Shown here in pieces: positions 13,856 to 26,150 of a DNA stretch of 64,000 nt. A model generated the notes under the pieces. The model ran no database searches, was not told the origin of the DNA, and saw only the letters and a program-made list of their open reading frames with translations. The position numbers and the translations under genes were made by a program. The stretch spans positions 87,544,001-87,608,000 of the forward strand of contig OZ260663.1 in the NCBI GenBank assembly GCA_965285935.1, given 5' to 3'. The stretch's first letter is position 1. Each line of letters starts with the position of its first letter. Source of the stretch: Ophelia neglecta. Taxonomy: Eukaryota.

Positions 13856-16594
13856 GAAATATATAAGTTAAGCACGCTTGGTATGGGCACTGTCATGCAT
13901 TGAAATCGTACCTGGCTTTTTACATAAGTGGCCGACTAGAAGCGCATGACTAAAAGTCTTAATGATATTTCTCAACCCATGTGAATACCTGATTAATCGC
14001 CATATCTGTGTAATAAAGTCGGCAAATTGCGAATACGTAATTTTCCTTATCGTTGAAAGGGGGCGCATGTCCGCACATAGGGAAATGAATATCTTGTATA
14101 ATTCTAAACTAGCCACATCAATAAAAGATACATTTCGGTTCTAGTGCCATTATTTCAGATAAATGAATCCTTGGTGGCGGATAAACAATCCTTGCACTAT
14201 AGCACTATAATAAAATAGCAATAATCAATAACCTTTAAAGGTTTTATTATGTTTATTGCTGCTGTTTGGAAAAATAGTAAAGTCCCACAAATTCACATGA
14301 ATGGTGTCTGTATCTCGATGAAACCCAATTGTGTTGCAAAGTATACCATTAGATTTGACCAACCAAATTAAAGTAATCTCGAGAACATTGACCTCATAGG
14401 TTACATCGATTGACCACGAAGCCGGTAATTGCCTCTCCGGTGATAATGCCCCTTCCCCCTCTCCCATATCTCTACTTAACTGGTCCAAAATGGCATCCAC
14501 GTGACCTATTATGCACAAGCACCACCGATGCATTAAGGAGCTATTTAATAAGGTTGGTAACCCAGTGAAGTTCCAGAATCAATACCTCCGTCTGTTTTAA
14601 CACTCAGTATGCATTCGCAAGCTGCTCAGGAAAGACGGCATCATTGCACTGCACTTGGTGTTGGACAAATGAACCTTCTGCATAGGTACATGATTAATAA
14701 CTATATAAATTTACAAAGCTATTTTAAATCGTCTCTTGATATAACCTTTCTATTGTTTCCGAACACATTAAATACTCGGTAAAATGTCAACTTTGTCCTA
14801 TATAACCATGACACTACTGCCGTTTATTGGACTAAGATTAAGGCCGATTTATATGCTACATAATGGTATGCCCTGTAAAGGCGTGGTCGCTGTATGAAAG
14901 TACTTTAAATAGAGAAGCGACCGTCAACTCTACCAAAAACCTGAATAAGCTGATTGCATAGCAGCATGCTAGTGATATCAATATTAAAAATTCAGTCTCA
15001 CTTCCTATGCGACTATACGGAGGCGGATCACAGATGTGATGAAACAATCACAAGAATATTTTGACTAAAATCTAGCCCTACGACAAAATAATAAACTGGA
15101 AAATTGACATAAGTGAGTGGACACCAGTTAGACAAACAAAGCAAACTCATTATTCAAGTACAGTATAGTCCATTAAGACAGTCTATTAAACCGACTCATA
15201 GTTTTCAGCATTTAGCATTTCTAAAGCACTTTTAAGATTCTCCAGCAGACAGACAACTTATCATACGGAGAGAAAAGAACTACCCAAACGGCTCTATGAT
15301 TATTTTAGTTCAGTTCATTTCATTAGGCTAAAGCATGTTTTTGTGCAAGTAACAATAATGAAAGTCATAGAAACGTCAATGGCGGAACGTGAGCGTATTG
15401 CAAATAAATCTAAATGTATCATTTATCTTCAATAAAAGCATTTATTTTAAAAAAGCCAAATTATATTCGATAGGGTATATATTAACTTTTACGCTTTGCG
15501 ACAGCTACATTTTCATAAATTGGCATTGAATTCAACGAAAACCACCTTTCCTTGCGAGCTGGGGATATTCATTACTCTTGTAACCATACTATCACCGCCA
15601 GCAATGTCGTTAGATTTTGTCCCGGTTAAAGACAGTCTCTCCTGTGTTTCTCCGGAGGTTTGTTGTGCATTTATAAGCGACATATGTTATCAGCTGCATG
15701 AAGAGGAAACAGGAAGATGTCTGGGGACCCAGTTCAGGGAGCACAGAAACAGTGTGGTTAAAAATGCTTCTGACTTGGAGGTTGCATAAATATTAAATGC
15801 TCATAGACGGCTAATTTCGGCATTCGTGAATTCACTGCGTATGTACGTTTATATAGTATTTTTGATTTCCATAAGCACTCGATGCTTTCATCATTAAATT
15901 GCTAAGATTTGCTAACAGGTCCACCAATCCCCAGTGCAAATGCAATCGGTGATCTGGTCGTTTGGTGTTAATGGGGGGCAGGATTCAACTTAATAAGTCC
16001 TACAGAATCCCTTCTACTTCCTCACGTAGAAGTGTCCTGGGGAACTGTGTATGAATTATTGAGGCATTCTTAAGCCCGATAGTGTTAAGCATTGAAAGCC
16101 ACTATATATATTGACATCCCAGGGGTATTTTTTATTGCATCTGCCTTGATTTGCCAAGAGAAAGGTGTCGCTTGGAAAGATGACATTAAGAGGCAAAGGG
16201 AAGTACACATTATCCTCCCCCATGTTTTCTAGACATTTTGTTTTAAGTGTAATAATCTAAACAACGCAACAGTGGCTGAAAATATATCAACACTTTTTTT
16301 GAATATGGAAAAATATAAGATTGTGGTATGCAATAAATCTCTTATTATTGCTGAAGGATTTACAATGGATTTGAGATGGGTTCTAGTCAGAATGTTGAAT
16401 GTCTAGTTCTGCATCTTTAGCCTACCATATTGCTTGCTACGCCCATTACAGTCACGAAGCTATATAAAGGCAAAGTATTCCCTACATGTCATTAATAATT
16501 ACTCCTCATTTGACACGAACCCCATTATAGTTTACTAACCATATCGTCGATATTTGCATTTATTACAAGTTACTGGTGGGGGGGGGGGGGTATT

Positions 16595-17135
16595 GTACAA
16601 CGAAACTACACGTGACGTCCATGGAACGGAAATGTTCTTTGTACATGGCTAAATGCGACGGAATGAAACTAATCAGACGATAAAGCAAACGAGTGCGAAT
16701 AATCCATTCATAACAGCCATAACGGCTACTGAAGTGACGGTACTCTTTCATCGCAGGCTCAATCATTCTTACATTAAAGGCACACAATACCTTGATGTAT
16801 TGGCCAGTCCTGTTCCGTGACCATGAAGACAGAAATAGTAATAAGAAACAGTAACGAGACGACTCTGTATCGTGAGACCAGACATGATAGCTTTAAACGT
16901 AGCCACGCTTAGAAGAGCCTTAGATGAAGCTTAGTACATAGATAAGAACATTTGACAACTAAAACCTCTGACGTCTATAGTACGTTGTCGCTCTACAAAA
17001 TATGACTGATGAAATAAAACGAAACTAATCAGAAGAAACAACAAACGAATAGTAGTACCCCTTTTTCTAGCAGCCTATACGGCTTATTAAGGGAAAGCAT
17101 CATTTCTCCATCGTCACCATAAAGGCAAAAACAGC
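16595..17135 (+). repeat. Diverged direct duplication, ~190-bp unit, offset ~356 bp
   Basis: Colinear blocks TGACGTC, GAAACTAATCAGA (16665 and 17021), CAAACGA, CAGCC..ACGGCT and TAAAGGCA occur in 16595-16790 and 16952-17135. Confidence 0.75.
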
Positions 17136-17773
17136 ATTGGCACGAAACGATCGAATCCCCACTCCCTGAACATTATGTGAGGGGGGGGGGGGGGGTTACC
17201 GGTAAACCCAAGTCAAAGCAAGAACCAAATGCTCTAAGCCAAATAAGTGCTCTACCAAAAATGTTTCAGTACTGCTTACGTGTGTTCTACAGGCTGGTTA
17301 AGATCATTGGGAAATGGACTGTGCCTAAGTATGTAACCCACATGTCCCACTTATGTGAATTCCCTCTTAACTCTGACCTTTCACAAATTGACACATGGTG
17401 CTCTGATTGGAAAGTCTCTAGTAGCATCCAAAAAAATGAATGAATCCTATTCAGTAGGAAGCAAGCTGCTCCAGCCTCGAACATATTTCTCGGCGAGGCA
17501 CACTGCAAAATAACACCATTCAACTGACATTTTGGGCTTATACAGACCCAGAACCTTTCATGGGAAGAACACGTAAATGTTATTGCAAAATATGTCTCCC
17601 AAATACTTGGATACTAAGAAATGAAATGAAAACTAAGAAGTATATATTCTCCCGAAGGGCCTTGGAGACCCCCTACATATCTTATACACGACCTAACATC
17701 GAAAATGGCTCATTAATATTTGATGATTGTTCTAATGAGTTATCTGGTGTTATAGAAAATATAATCTTTGAAG

Positions 17774-17816
17774 CAGCCCGCCTCGTCTTCCAGGCGAGGC
17801 GGGCTGTGTTACTGGT
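17774..17816 (+). mobile_element. Helitron-type 3' terminus (GC hairpin + CTRR)
   Basis: Perfect 12-bp stem CAGCCCGCCTCG / CGAGGCGGGCTG (17774-85 / 17795-806), followed 5 nt later by CTGG-T (17812-16). The 5' end was not located. Confidence 0.55.
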
Positions 17817-19054
17817 TCAATTTTCTGTTGTTACATTTTATTGCGCTATGAGGTGATATAATACTCTACCATTGACATTATTCCTTTAGCTTGTGATTTT
17901 TGAGGCAACCCATCTATTGTCTAAGACTTAAAGGAGAGCTTGGTCCAGCATAGACTATCTTAGGCCCTACTCCACCATTGTCCTACACTGACCACTGACT
18001 TGATCTTTTATATTCTTTGATTTTATTTCTAAATTTCATTTCCAATGCTTACTATTTTAATATTATTATTAATAATTTGGTTAAAATCCTGTTTACAGTG
18101 GAGATACTAGGGATTGATATCTGAAGGGATGCAGCCCACGGTTTTTGTTTATTTCGTACCAATTTAATGGACAATTCTAAACCAATACTTGCCTTTCTCG
18201 GCGTGTTTATATTTTTTTTTTCTAAATTTATCTGGTTGTATTGCTATTATAATTATAACAGCATCAACATATCAGGAATTGAAGCAATCACGACTTACGC
18301 AGTGGGTTTTTACCACGAGGACCATTTGCTTTAGTTGCGTGAGTCCTATACTGGTTCATACAAGTGTCCATTGCCATGATTTGATTATAAAATAAACAAA
18401 AACTTATTCCATGAATACATTAACCAATTTAATTGGTACAGTTTGAGCAAGGCTGTTGTTATTTATAGCCAAAATCTGATAAAATTGGCACATAAATAGA
18501 CTGGAAACAGCTAAGGGAGACTAGAAAAACACTTTCGTGTTTCCTCTCAATACCTAATTTAATCATAAATAATAGTCTGTAAATCGGGCCCTAGGAGAAA
18601 CATACAGTCACATATCCTAATTATTGTGGGGCACATTATCGCCGGCATGGTTAGGACTAGATTTTTTTATCTATAGGCAATGTGGCGTGTTGTGGTCATA
18701 CATGGTAAAGCCTTCATTAAGCTTTTTATTTATTTAAAGAAATGCATCTGTTCTGATTCAGCTCAGTAGACACAAAATATTCTTGTTTAATGCAAACAAC
18801 AGAGTGAATGACGGCAAATAAAGCAAAAAAACATATAAATTAGAAACTAAGCCGGCGAAAAATTCAATGACATTACATTGCCAAGCCCAATAAACAAATT
18901 TTGCTATGTGTCATTCCAAAATCGTCACGACTGCCTTTGTATTGTACACGTAAAAAGAAAGGTGTGTTGCCACGATAAGGAGAGCTTGATAAACTGAAGT
19001 CAAAGTGTCTCCCGACATGCTCTATCTGATGCTGATCTAAGAATGAGCAAAGTA

Positions 19055-19125
19055 ACTCACCAACTTTAAACCAAACGGAAACTGCAAAATGTTACTTACC
19101 TGAAATAGAAACAACAAAAGTATAA
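19055..19125 (-). other. Recursive splice site (junction 19100|19099) with 39-nt RS-exon 19099-19061
   Basis: Minus strand reads cttttgttgtttctatttcAG|GTAAGTAacattttGCAGTTtccgtttggtttaaagttg|GTGAGT. Confidence 0.75.
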
Positions 19126-20387
19126 GTATATGGTATTTGGAAACAATATTTCAATTTATAGTAACAAGCACGGTATAAAGTATTTATATTTAACTATTGA
19201 TGAGTATGTTGATTGATATATATAACAATACATTATCATGATCTGAGTAAACAGGATAACAATTTGGCCAAGTTGATACCAAACATGAAATAATTTATGG
19301 AGGGTCCAACGCATCGCTGTTCATCTACAGGAAATAGAAAAAGATATGTTTGGACTTTTGTTGACACATTGAAATGCCTAAAGTGAGTAATGCCTGGTTT
19401 TAAAAGATTGATACAAAAACAAAATCAAGGGACAATCCACAAATGATACTCAATACCAAGGAGAAATATAGTTGTTTCCTCAAACAGTACAATACTGACA
19501 CAACAAAAATATTTCATTGTTTAAAATTAACTATTTTCTCTGGGGTTTGGGGACGTCTGGTTTGCGCAGGAGGTAAGTTATGCCAATGCTTTTCTAGTCT
19601 TGTTACGACAAAGACTCTCCGACGTTTATATTCAAGACTCTTCCCTGGAGGCCCAAATTCGAAGGTCAGTTTTTCTTTCTTTCACAACTCCTGTTTATTC
19701 TCGACATTTAGAAATGGTTGGGGAGTATAACATGCAATTGCTTTAATATTGTTCGAACGCATACCAATAAATTAGCAGTGGCGACTGCTAGACGGCATTA
19801 ACCGGCCCCACACAACGTAACGAAATGAAGTGCCCTCTGTGCAATGTTTTCCTAAATATGCCCTAAATTTAGTATGCTACGATCTGCATATTTACGGTAT
19901 CATCGGGTCCGTCCAATTATACCTAAATTCACCAATATCATGTACACGACAAATGAACACGTGTCTTATACTCTACCAATCTAAGTCTCGCTGTACGATT
20001 ATTATAAATAATGACATTGTGTGTTTGTATTCTTTTTAATATGATAGCCTTACTAAATTGTTTTGATGTGTAGTTCACCAATTTTTTGTTTGTTTTAGCT
20101 GTAGGTCAGTTGTTTGTCTAATTTTGTCCAGACTTGATGAAAGTTCTTTAATGTATTCACTGGTGGCGGTGTGCACTTTTTATCTCTATCTAATGTCTTT
20201 GGCCTATGGCCTTATCGTTTATGCAATAAAACATAATTTTGTTGATCTGTTAGTCTTTTACCTAAATATGAAAAACAACACAATAAATTTATGCTTGTTA
20301 AATATTGGTTGACTTGGATATAACTGCTTTTATTGTATGTGAATTTGTCACCGAGACCTCCTGGCGGACAATTTAAGGTGTGTAATA

Positions 20388-20561
20388 CAATGGAACCTGA
20401 CTTAAGAACCAACTCTATAATCAGACCATCTGTCAATTCACACCATAAATATGAGGACCATGCTGTATACTTTCAATGTCAAATAACCTAAACAGACCAC
20501 CTCCTACATCAGACCAACATTTTGCAGTCCTTTTGGTGGTATTAATTCACAGGTTTCATTG
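20388..20561. mobile_element. 174-bp MITE, Tc1/mariner/pogo type
   Basis: Imperfect TIRs CAATGGAACCTG ... CAGGTTTCATTG, flanked by TA on both sides (20386-87, 20562-63), with internal repeated AGACCA motifs. Confidence 0.78.
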
Positions 20562-23389
20562 TACTAGAACACTAGAAATTATACAGCGGATTTCAATTTG
20601 AAAACTTGACATACCGACGCTTTCAACCACAAAGGAAACGAAACATATTACTGTTACAGGAACTTAAAATAATATTTCTCCATTTTACTGACAAAATAGG
20701 AAATAATAAGAGGTTTACAGCGATAAAAACATCAGAATGCTTGAGTCCTTCGATTTCCACATGAGGGCGCTTAAATTAAAGGCAACATTGAGCATTGGAT
20801 TAGCTACTAGACAGAACAGACGCTTATTGAGTAGACTTGAAAAATACCAAACAATTGGATTATCCTAATCTAATGACGACCACTAGGTATCTAGCACATC
20901 ATACAAAATTCGGAATACAATGGCGAGTAATGTCTATCCAAACCTCCAAAGATGACTAGAACATTGCTCTGTCATCGTGATAATATAATATAGCGTGCAA
21001 AATTGGCTTATTATTTACAGAATAAAACCCAATACCTTATGTACATTATTGATATTCATGTTTTGTTTTATTTCACGACATAACGTTTGTACTTATTGGC
21101 TCCGATAAAGAGGACTCCTACAAAACAAGTAATGTCTACCCATTTTGGCCTTTTATAATAGAAATTCCAGATAAACTGGAAAAGGCTAAAGTGGATACCT
21201 AATGACAGTGTCTAAATAAATGATTATATGACTATCCGTTTTACATTGCGTAAAATGAGAGGTTTGTAGAGGGCATCTTTGCAACGATAACTAACTTTTC
21301 TCTGTATGGATAGTGTAATAACTACACTTGGTTAATATATTTTACCGGCGTCATCGGACTATAAAACAACACATAGGGAAATACGAGGAATTAATGACGT
21401 TGCATATTGACACATGGCTATCGAACAGTATTTTCCCCTTTCTATCATTTGGACCATGATCTTTGGTCCTTGGTTTCAAACTATATAATGAATATATTTA
21501 TGATCACTCCTCATTCAAACGACAGAAAATCGTGACTTAAATCTTCCGGCAAGCCTAATTAAATTATTATATTATTGATTTGAGAATGCTGTTAATTATT
21601 TTTGTTCAAGTTAAAAAAGTGCATGTTTGAAACTATTAAAAATACAGTTCTTTTCGTTTATATGGCCTACGGAGTTTATACACGCTTATGGCAGGACTGT
21701 ATTTATATCGTCAGACTGGTACATTTACAGGAAGCCAGTTAATTGGTTCTATTTCGCATCCTCCGGCAGCTGGCGGGTACACGGATATATATTTAAAAAA
21801 GAGTGACCTTATCAGGGTTCACTAGCTAATATCGTAACCTCTGTCATTAGAGGACGCCTGACGTTCTCAATTTTATTCAAAGACTGTAACCAGAGTTAAA
21901 TAATTTCAATTTTAATATTAATTAATTTTATCGCCCTTTGCATACTGATTGCAAAATCCCAAAACATGAATGTCCGTATTTGTGCCACACAAACCACATA
22001 TTGATATCTCAAAGAATATGCATAGCTTCCCTAGGTTATCTGGACCCTAAAGCACGTTGGTATTCGTAATTCACCCATTCATAAGATTGTAAAGACAGGG
22101 GATCCTGCAATTTATTGCCGGAAACCAATATCAGATTAAAGAGCAAACCGCGCTGGTTTCTAAAAGATCCAATGGAACCGACTTTCACTCAGAGTCCTCC
22201 GAAAATACCAATTTTCTCTAAGTCAATGGCATAGTATAAAAGAGAGAGAATAACTCATGATTGAGTTAGGCGGTCATTAAAGCAAAGTCCTATAATATAA
22301 CACGACCAAAAATTGGGAAAGCAAAAAAAAAACCCTTAATCTGTCTCCTCAATTACCTTACAACTGTCAAATTGAAATGCCAAGTTACCCTTTTATTGTC
22401 TTCAAGTGACACTCAATATCTATTCTACATGACTGTCTTATTTGCGAACATGTTAAGTAGAATGTTGCACGGTAAAGCGTGCATCTCGTTTTGTTAAGAC
22501 TACCTCTAACCACTATGCGTGTGAACAATCCATTAGCCGGCTGACGAACCCCACAAATCTATGGTCAATGATCTCCTAATTGTCTAGTCTGAGACTCTAA
22601 TGGAAATGAACTATTGCGGAATGAATAGGCTCGGAAACTGCAATATTGCAGGCAACGGCAAATGGCATTCACTTGTTAAAGGAACTAACGGACGCCAGCT
22701 TACTACGTACAGAGCACAATAAATATGACGTTTTACCCAACTGTGACTAATTGATGTAGCTTAAACACTCAACTACAGGGAAAATCCCTTTCGAGCTTTT
22801 AAGTACATTATATTTTCAGAGTGTTTTGGCTATACATACAGGATACTTGGATCACCGAAGCCGCTAATGCGTCACCGTTATAGTGCAATAACGGCCCTAG
22901 TGATAGATTCGGACACTATTAAGTTGCTGTAGTCAAACACATCATAAGAATGTCACCTGCTCTGACTTTTTATGTTGCTTGGTTCGCAAACAAGCTACCA
23001 TGAGAAAACGGCAGCGGATACTTCTCTGATAAACGCAATTATGTTGTAAAGAATGATTCCATTAACTCAAGCTAACGTACAGAAACGCCATTAAACGCAG
23101 GCTCACGAGGCTATCATATACAACTTTACATTACTACTTTCAATTGACTTACACGCTAGCATGAAGCTAAGGCGAATCATATAAACAATAAAAGTACCTG
23201 TATAGGGAATTTACGTGGAGTGTTAAGATGATCTATGTCTAGTATATAATTAATTCAATGTTCTAATCCCATATGATTATAACAAGTTTTCATTGCCAAG
23301 ATTAAAATGTAGCGAATCTACTTTATTATTTACCACCAATTCAACTTCCTCTGGCTATACAAGCTAATCAACTGCAAACAGGTGGTTAA

Positions 23390-23900
23390 CAGACATTAAA
23401 AACGTTTGGTTGTATATCGTTATTTTTGTATCCGTGCATTATAGAACCGTAGAAGAACTTATTTTGCTTTCTTTTACAAATTGCCGCTAACGTTATTCCA
23501 TTGTCCAACCGAAACATATTTCCTCTCAATTCCGTAAAATGCAGACCTAAGCAATTGTCAAGTGGAGTAATAATATCTTCCAAGACAGGGATATACGGAC
23601 CTGGCTTTTGCATGCCAGTCGGTTCGGAAGATATATTTTCCACTGAAAAATATTCAAATAAATTTAAATAATAATTTTCTGCCTGCTCTGTGTCAAAACG
23701 GACGTTGGCCAACTTATTTTGTGGCTGAAAATATCTTCGTCCGATAAAAAATACTTCCAGGTCAAAAATTTGTGCTGTACATATTCAGAGCCGCGCTGTC
23801 AGAAAATGTTAACCTACAGTTTCTCGTTGTCAGGTGTGGCGTTATTCAGATTAGAGAATGGACCAGTGATTACCTACATTGTGCTAATCATCAACGGACA
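23390..23900 (-). pseudogene. Possible decayed peptidase C76-like (herpes tegument deubiquitinase-like) domain of the kind carried by some invertebrate mobile elements
   Basis: The 108-aa frame contains LDNCLGLHF...GITLAAICKRKQNKFFY, upstream of where FDSH would be expected, and is preceded by YFLSDEDI. This is pattern resemblance only, and the catalytic motifs are not intact. Confidence 0.28.
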
Positions 23901-24769
23901 GGTGCTTATACAGCAGAGCCTGGTGTTTGGATTTGGATTTTTGAGGTTTAACGAAACATTAGCACCATGTGAGACTTAAAGAAATGAATAAGCAAATACT
24001 TCTTTATTGCAGTGCTAATACAATGGAAATGAAGTGTAAGACAAGAAATGGAGCAAATGAAAACGGCCCATTGATATTAACCTGCAGCTAAATAACACTA
24101 TCCAGGCACGCCAATATAAAAGGTCCCTATCAATGATAGGAATTGTTTATCAGGCTGAAATGACTTGGATTTCCGAGGCACCAATTTAGGTCATCACAGA
24201 GCAATAATATAATAGACATTGGGTCCCCTATTCATCTTTGCATGGTGGACACGGCAGTTCGTCGATAAAGTATAAATAGGTAAATTTAGTGTTAATGGAT
24301 CTACCCCGGAGATGCAGAGGATTTTTAATCTATCAAAAATCATACCATTCTATACCATAACATAATGATAAATTTGAATCATTGTTTTTGTGCAAACCAA
24401 GTGGACCACCAACATCCGAGATACAATACCGACTTTCAGACAATAAACCACCGGATACCCTACACGAAAGGCACAATCCTTAAACAAGAAGAATCCCCTA
24501 AATGATTCCAAAATCAACAGGTACCACCAGCATCAAGCTCAAAAGCATCGATCCTAAGCTCCCACAAAATGAATAGAATTGTGATGAAACAAATGCCCTT
24601 ATTTACTTAGAATTCTTTCAGGTACAACGTTTATTGCCTAGTGCTGATCCCTTAGCCTAAAATTACTATTAGCGATGCAGTACTATGGAAGTGTCTCCGC
24701 TTAATGACATTGCCATGGACTCGACAGTTGTTGTGGTGTGTGAACGATAACTATTACTGATATTTTAAT

Positions 24770-26150
24770 CTCAGTTTGGGGCAGTCCCCTGGTGGTTCTT
24801 AATGATTCCAGATCTTTCCAATGGACTATTCAGGAATAAAGATTTGCTTTGTCTTCCGGGTATCAACACCCATTGTTTTAGAACAAAATAGCAGGGTGTG
24901 TCCGGTCGTAGTCTCTGACAATGGTAAAGAGGGGAATGAGGCAAAACTTTGGGGTCTCAAATTACAAGGGGAGCCTGGAGGCCACACCGTCCCAATCGAA
25001 GAGGGAGGGGGAGCAATTAAACCTACACGGTGCTGCTACATCATGGTCTTATGGGTAATTCAAAGCCTATACAAGGAAGGGTTTGCAATTTTTTTCTTCT
25101 TACAGTGCTAAGCCATCATTATAGACTAAAATGGAAATTTCCTATGATTATATGAATTGATAAAGTCAAGTTTTTGTCTCATTCATGAGCTTTGTCTCTT
25201 ATTATTTTTAACCATTAATGTCAAATTTCTATAGCTGAACTGGTGACATTTGCAACGATTATCTGTGTGAATGGCATTCCTAGGAAACGTAAGACAGACT
25301 TGAAAAAGTATCCCAGTTAAGATGTTCTAGCAAAGGTTATAGGGTCGCTTTGACAGAGGAGAATTCCTGACATTATCACGTTTTACCTTGAAATAGCGTT
25401 GCCCTGGGCGTTTTTATGACTTATTGGCTTCCTTATTACATGGCCCTTTGGCACGAATCTGACCGCCAGTCATTCATTTCCATGTTCCATGTTCAGTTGA
25501 TTTATATGCTACCGGAAATTGCAACTCTTAAACAAAGCGGCTCTATTATTTGAGAATGTCAGAAAACAGAGCTCCCAAAGGTCAGCCCAATTTGAGGTTA
25601 CGAGGGTTAGACTGTACGACTTATTACAGTCAGTGATTGTTGAGATATCAATTAGTCATTTTACACGAGCATATCCATCCCCTGGGTTATATTTTATCAG
25701 CGACCAATTGTATCCTTCGCCATCAATACTTTTGTGTTTATGGGTTGTAATTAATGAATATAAGCAAAAGTAATGAGGGAAGTTACACGCATGGCTTTGG
25801 CCCGTTCTCTACCCCATAAGGAATAGATACAACATTTTATTACATCATTCCGGGAATGGAAATCCGACAACAAAGCAGACATTGGCCAAGAACCGTCGAA
25901 GACAATAACCAAGCTACAAGCAACCCTCAGCAATATTTACACGCTGTTTGACATCATGACAGATACGCATTTTTTCTGACTACTCGATTGCGCTTCATAT
26001 TTCAATATAAATCATACTACAGTTTATCCAGAACAGCTTGTGGCTCCTGATGATTTCAGGCTGATTTAAAGGGCCTCTCTTCATTAACGGTTTTGCTTTG
26101 TCTTCTGGGTATCCTCTCCCGTGTTGGGATGGCTGTGGTTGGCGGTTCCT
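24770..26150. repeat. Two diverged copies of one ~130-bp segment (~24770-24900 and ~26020-26150)
   Basis: TTTGCTTTGTCTTCYGGGTATC at 24843 and 26092 (21/22 identical). A second block, GTGG.TC.T.ATGATT.CAG, lies 51-52 nt upstream in both copies. Confidence 0.7.

Noticed and set aside
24430-24475. DFQTINHRIPYTKG, resembling the LINE C-terminal FR..NH.LP.E.G motif
   Set aside because: A single short motif without the following Cys cluster, too weak to call.
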